From the NCBI GenBank assembly GCA_041650515.1, contig JBAZLA010000001.1, forward strand, positions 146,710 through 210,709: a stretch of 64,000 nucleotides of DNA, in the 5' to 3' direction. The position numbers were made by a program, and so were the translations under genes. The notes under the pieces were generated by a model. The model made no database searches, had not been told where the DNA came from, and saw nothing but the letters and a program-made list of their open reading frames with translations. This DNA is from Patescibacteria group bacterium. Lineage in GTDB: Bacteria; Patescibacteriota; Patescibacteriia; JACRDY01. The stretch's first letter is position 1. Each line of letters starts with the position of its first letter. Shown here piece by piece: positions 63,851-64,000 of this stretch.

Positions 63851-64000
63851 CTGATCTGCGACGTAGCCACGTGAGTATAAATCTGTGTTGTTTTAATACT
63901 ATTGTGTCCCAACAATTCCTGAACATAACGAATGTCTGTGCCGTTCTCCAGAAGGTGAGTGGCAAAACTATGGCGTAGAGAATGAAACCCGGCCCGCTTA
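63851..64000 (-). CDS. Tyrosine recombinase/integrase, C-terminal end (5' part beyond window)
   Basis: The reverse-complement translation reads ...[44 protein letters not shown]... Confidence 0.6.

Overview
This 64-kb window looks like a chromosomal segment of a small-genome bacterium. The backbone is about 45% GC and has many DUF-type and membrane proteins, and a 16S rRNA gene with an internal insertion. The inferred affinity is Patescibacteria/CPR-like.

Minus-strand RNA genes near the start are a 16S rRNA carrying a ~155-nt insertion in the helix-40 loop, followed by tRNA-Ile(GAT), tRNA-Phe(GAA) and tRNA-Pro(TGG). Each tRNA is flanked by partial tRNA-derived duplications. No 23S gene follows.

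Conserved housekeeping genes include rpsP-KH-trmD, rpsO-(NYN nuclease)-pnp, tig, lspA, comM, hppA, a short SMC (757 aa), a P-type ATPase, Zur/ZupT, an ECF sigma with an anti-sigma-like partner, and cspA.

The window is unusually rich in non-coding structure:
- A ~160-270-bp structured repeat family in six co-oriented intergenic copies, with compensatory base changes between copies.
- A tRNA-His/tRNA-Arg hotspot with a tyrosine integrase, three 93-bp tandem units each ending in the tRNA-Arg 3' terminus, and 75-bp direct repeats bracketing a P-loop NTPase gene.
- tRNA-like fragments at both the tRNA-Pro and tRNA-Arg loci that carry the same style of double-hairpin insertion in the D- or T-loop.
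- Two promoter-to-terminator bounded candidate ncRNAs of ~350 and ~420 nt that I could not assign to a class.
- A four-helix-bundle ('23S IVS protein' family) gene flanked by inverted CGAATTAC repeats, with solo palindromic remnants elsewhere.
- Arrays of GTACT motifs around terminators.
- At least seven sharply GC-rich (~55-62%) islands, each with its own ribosome-binding site and terminator. They carry a tandem SCP2-domain pair, a SerA-like dehydrogenase, a zinc-ribbon protein and small hypothetical ORFs, consistent with horizontal acquisition.

No CRISPR array was seen.

Every call rests on reading the sequence and the supplied ORF translations by eye. No database search was run.
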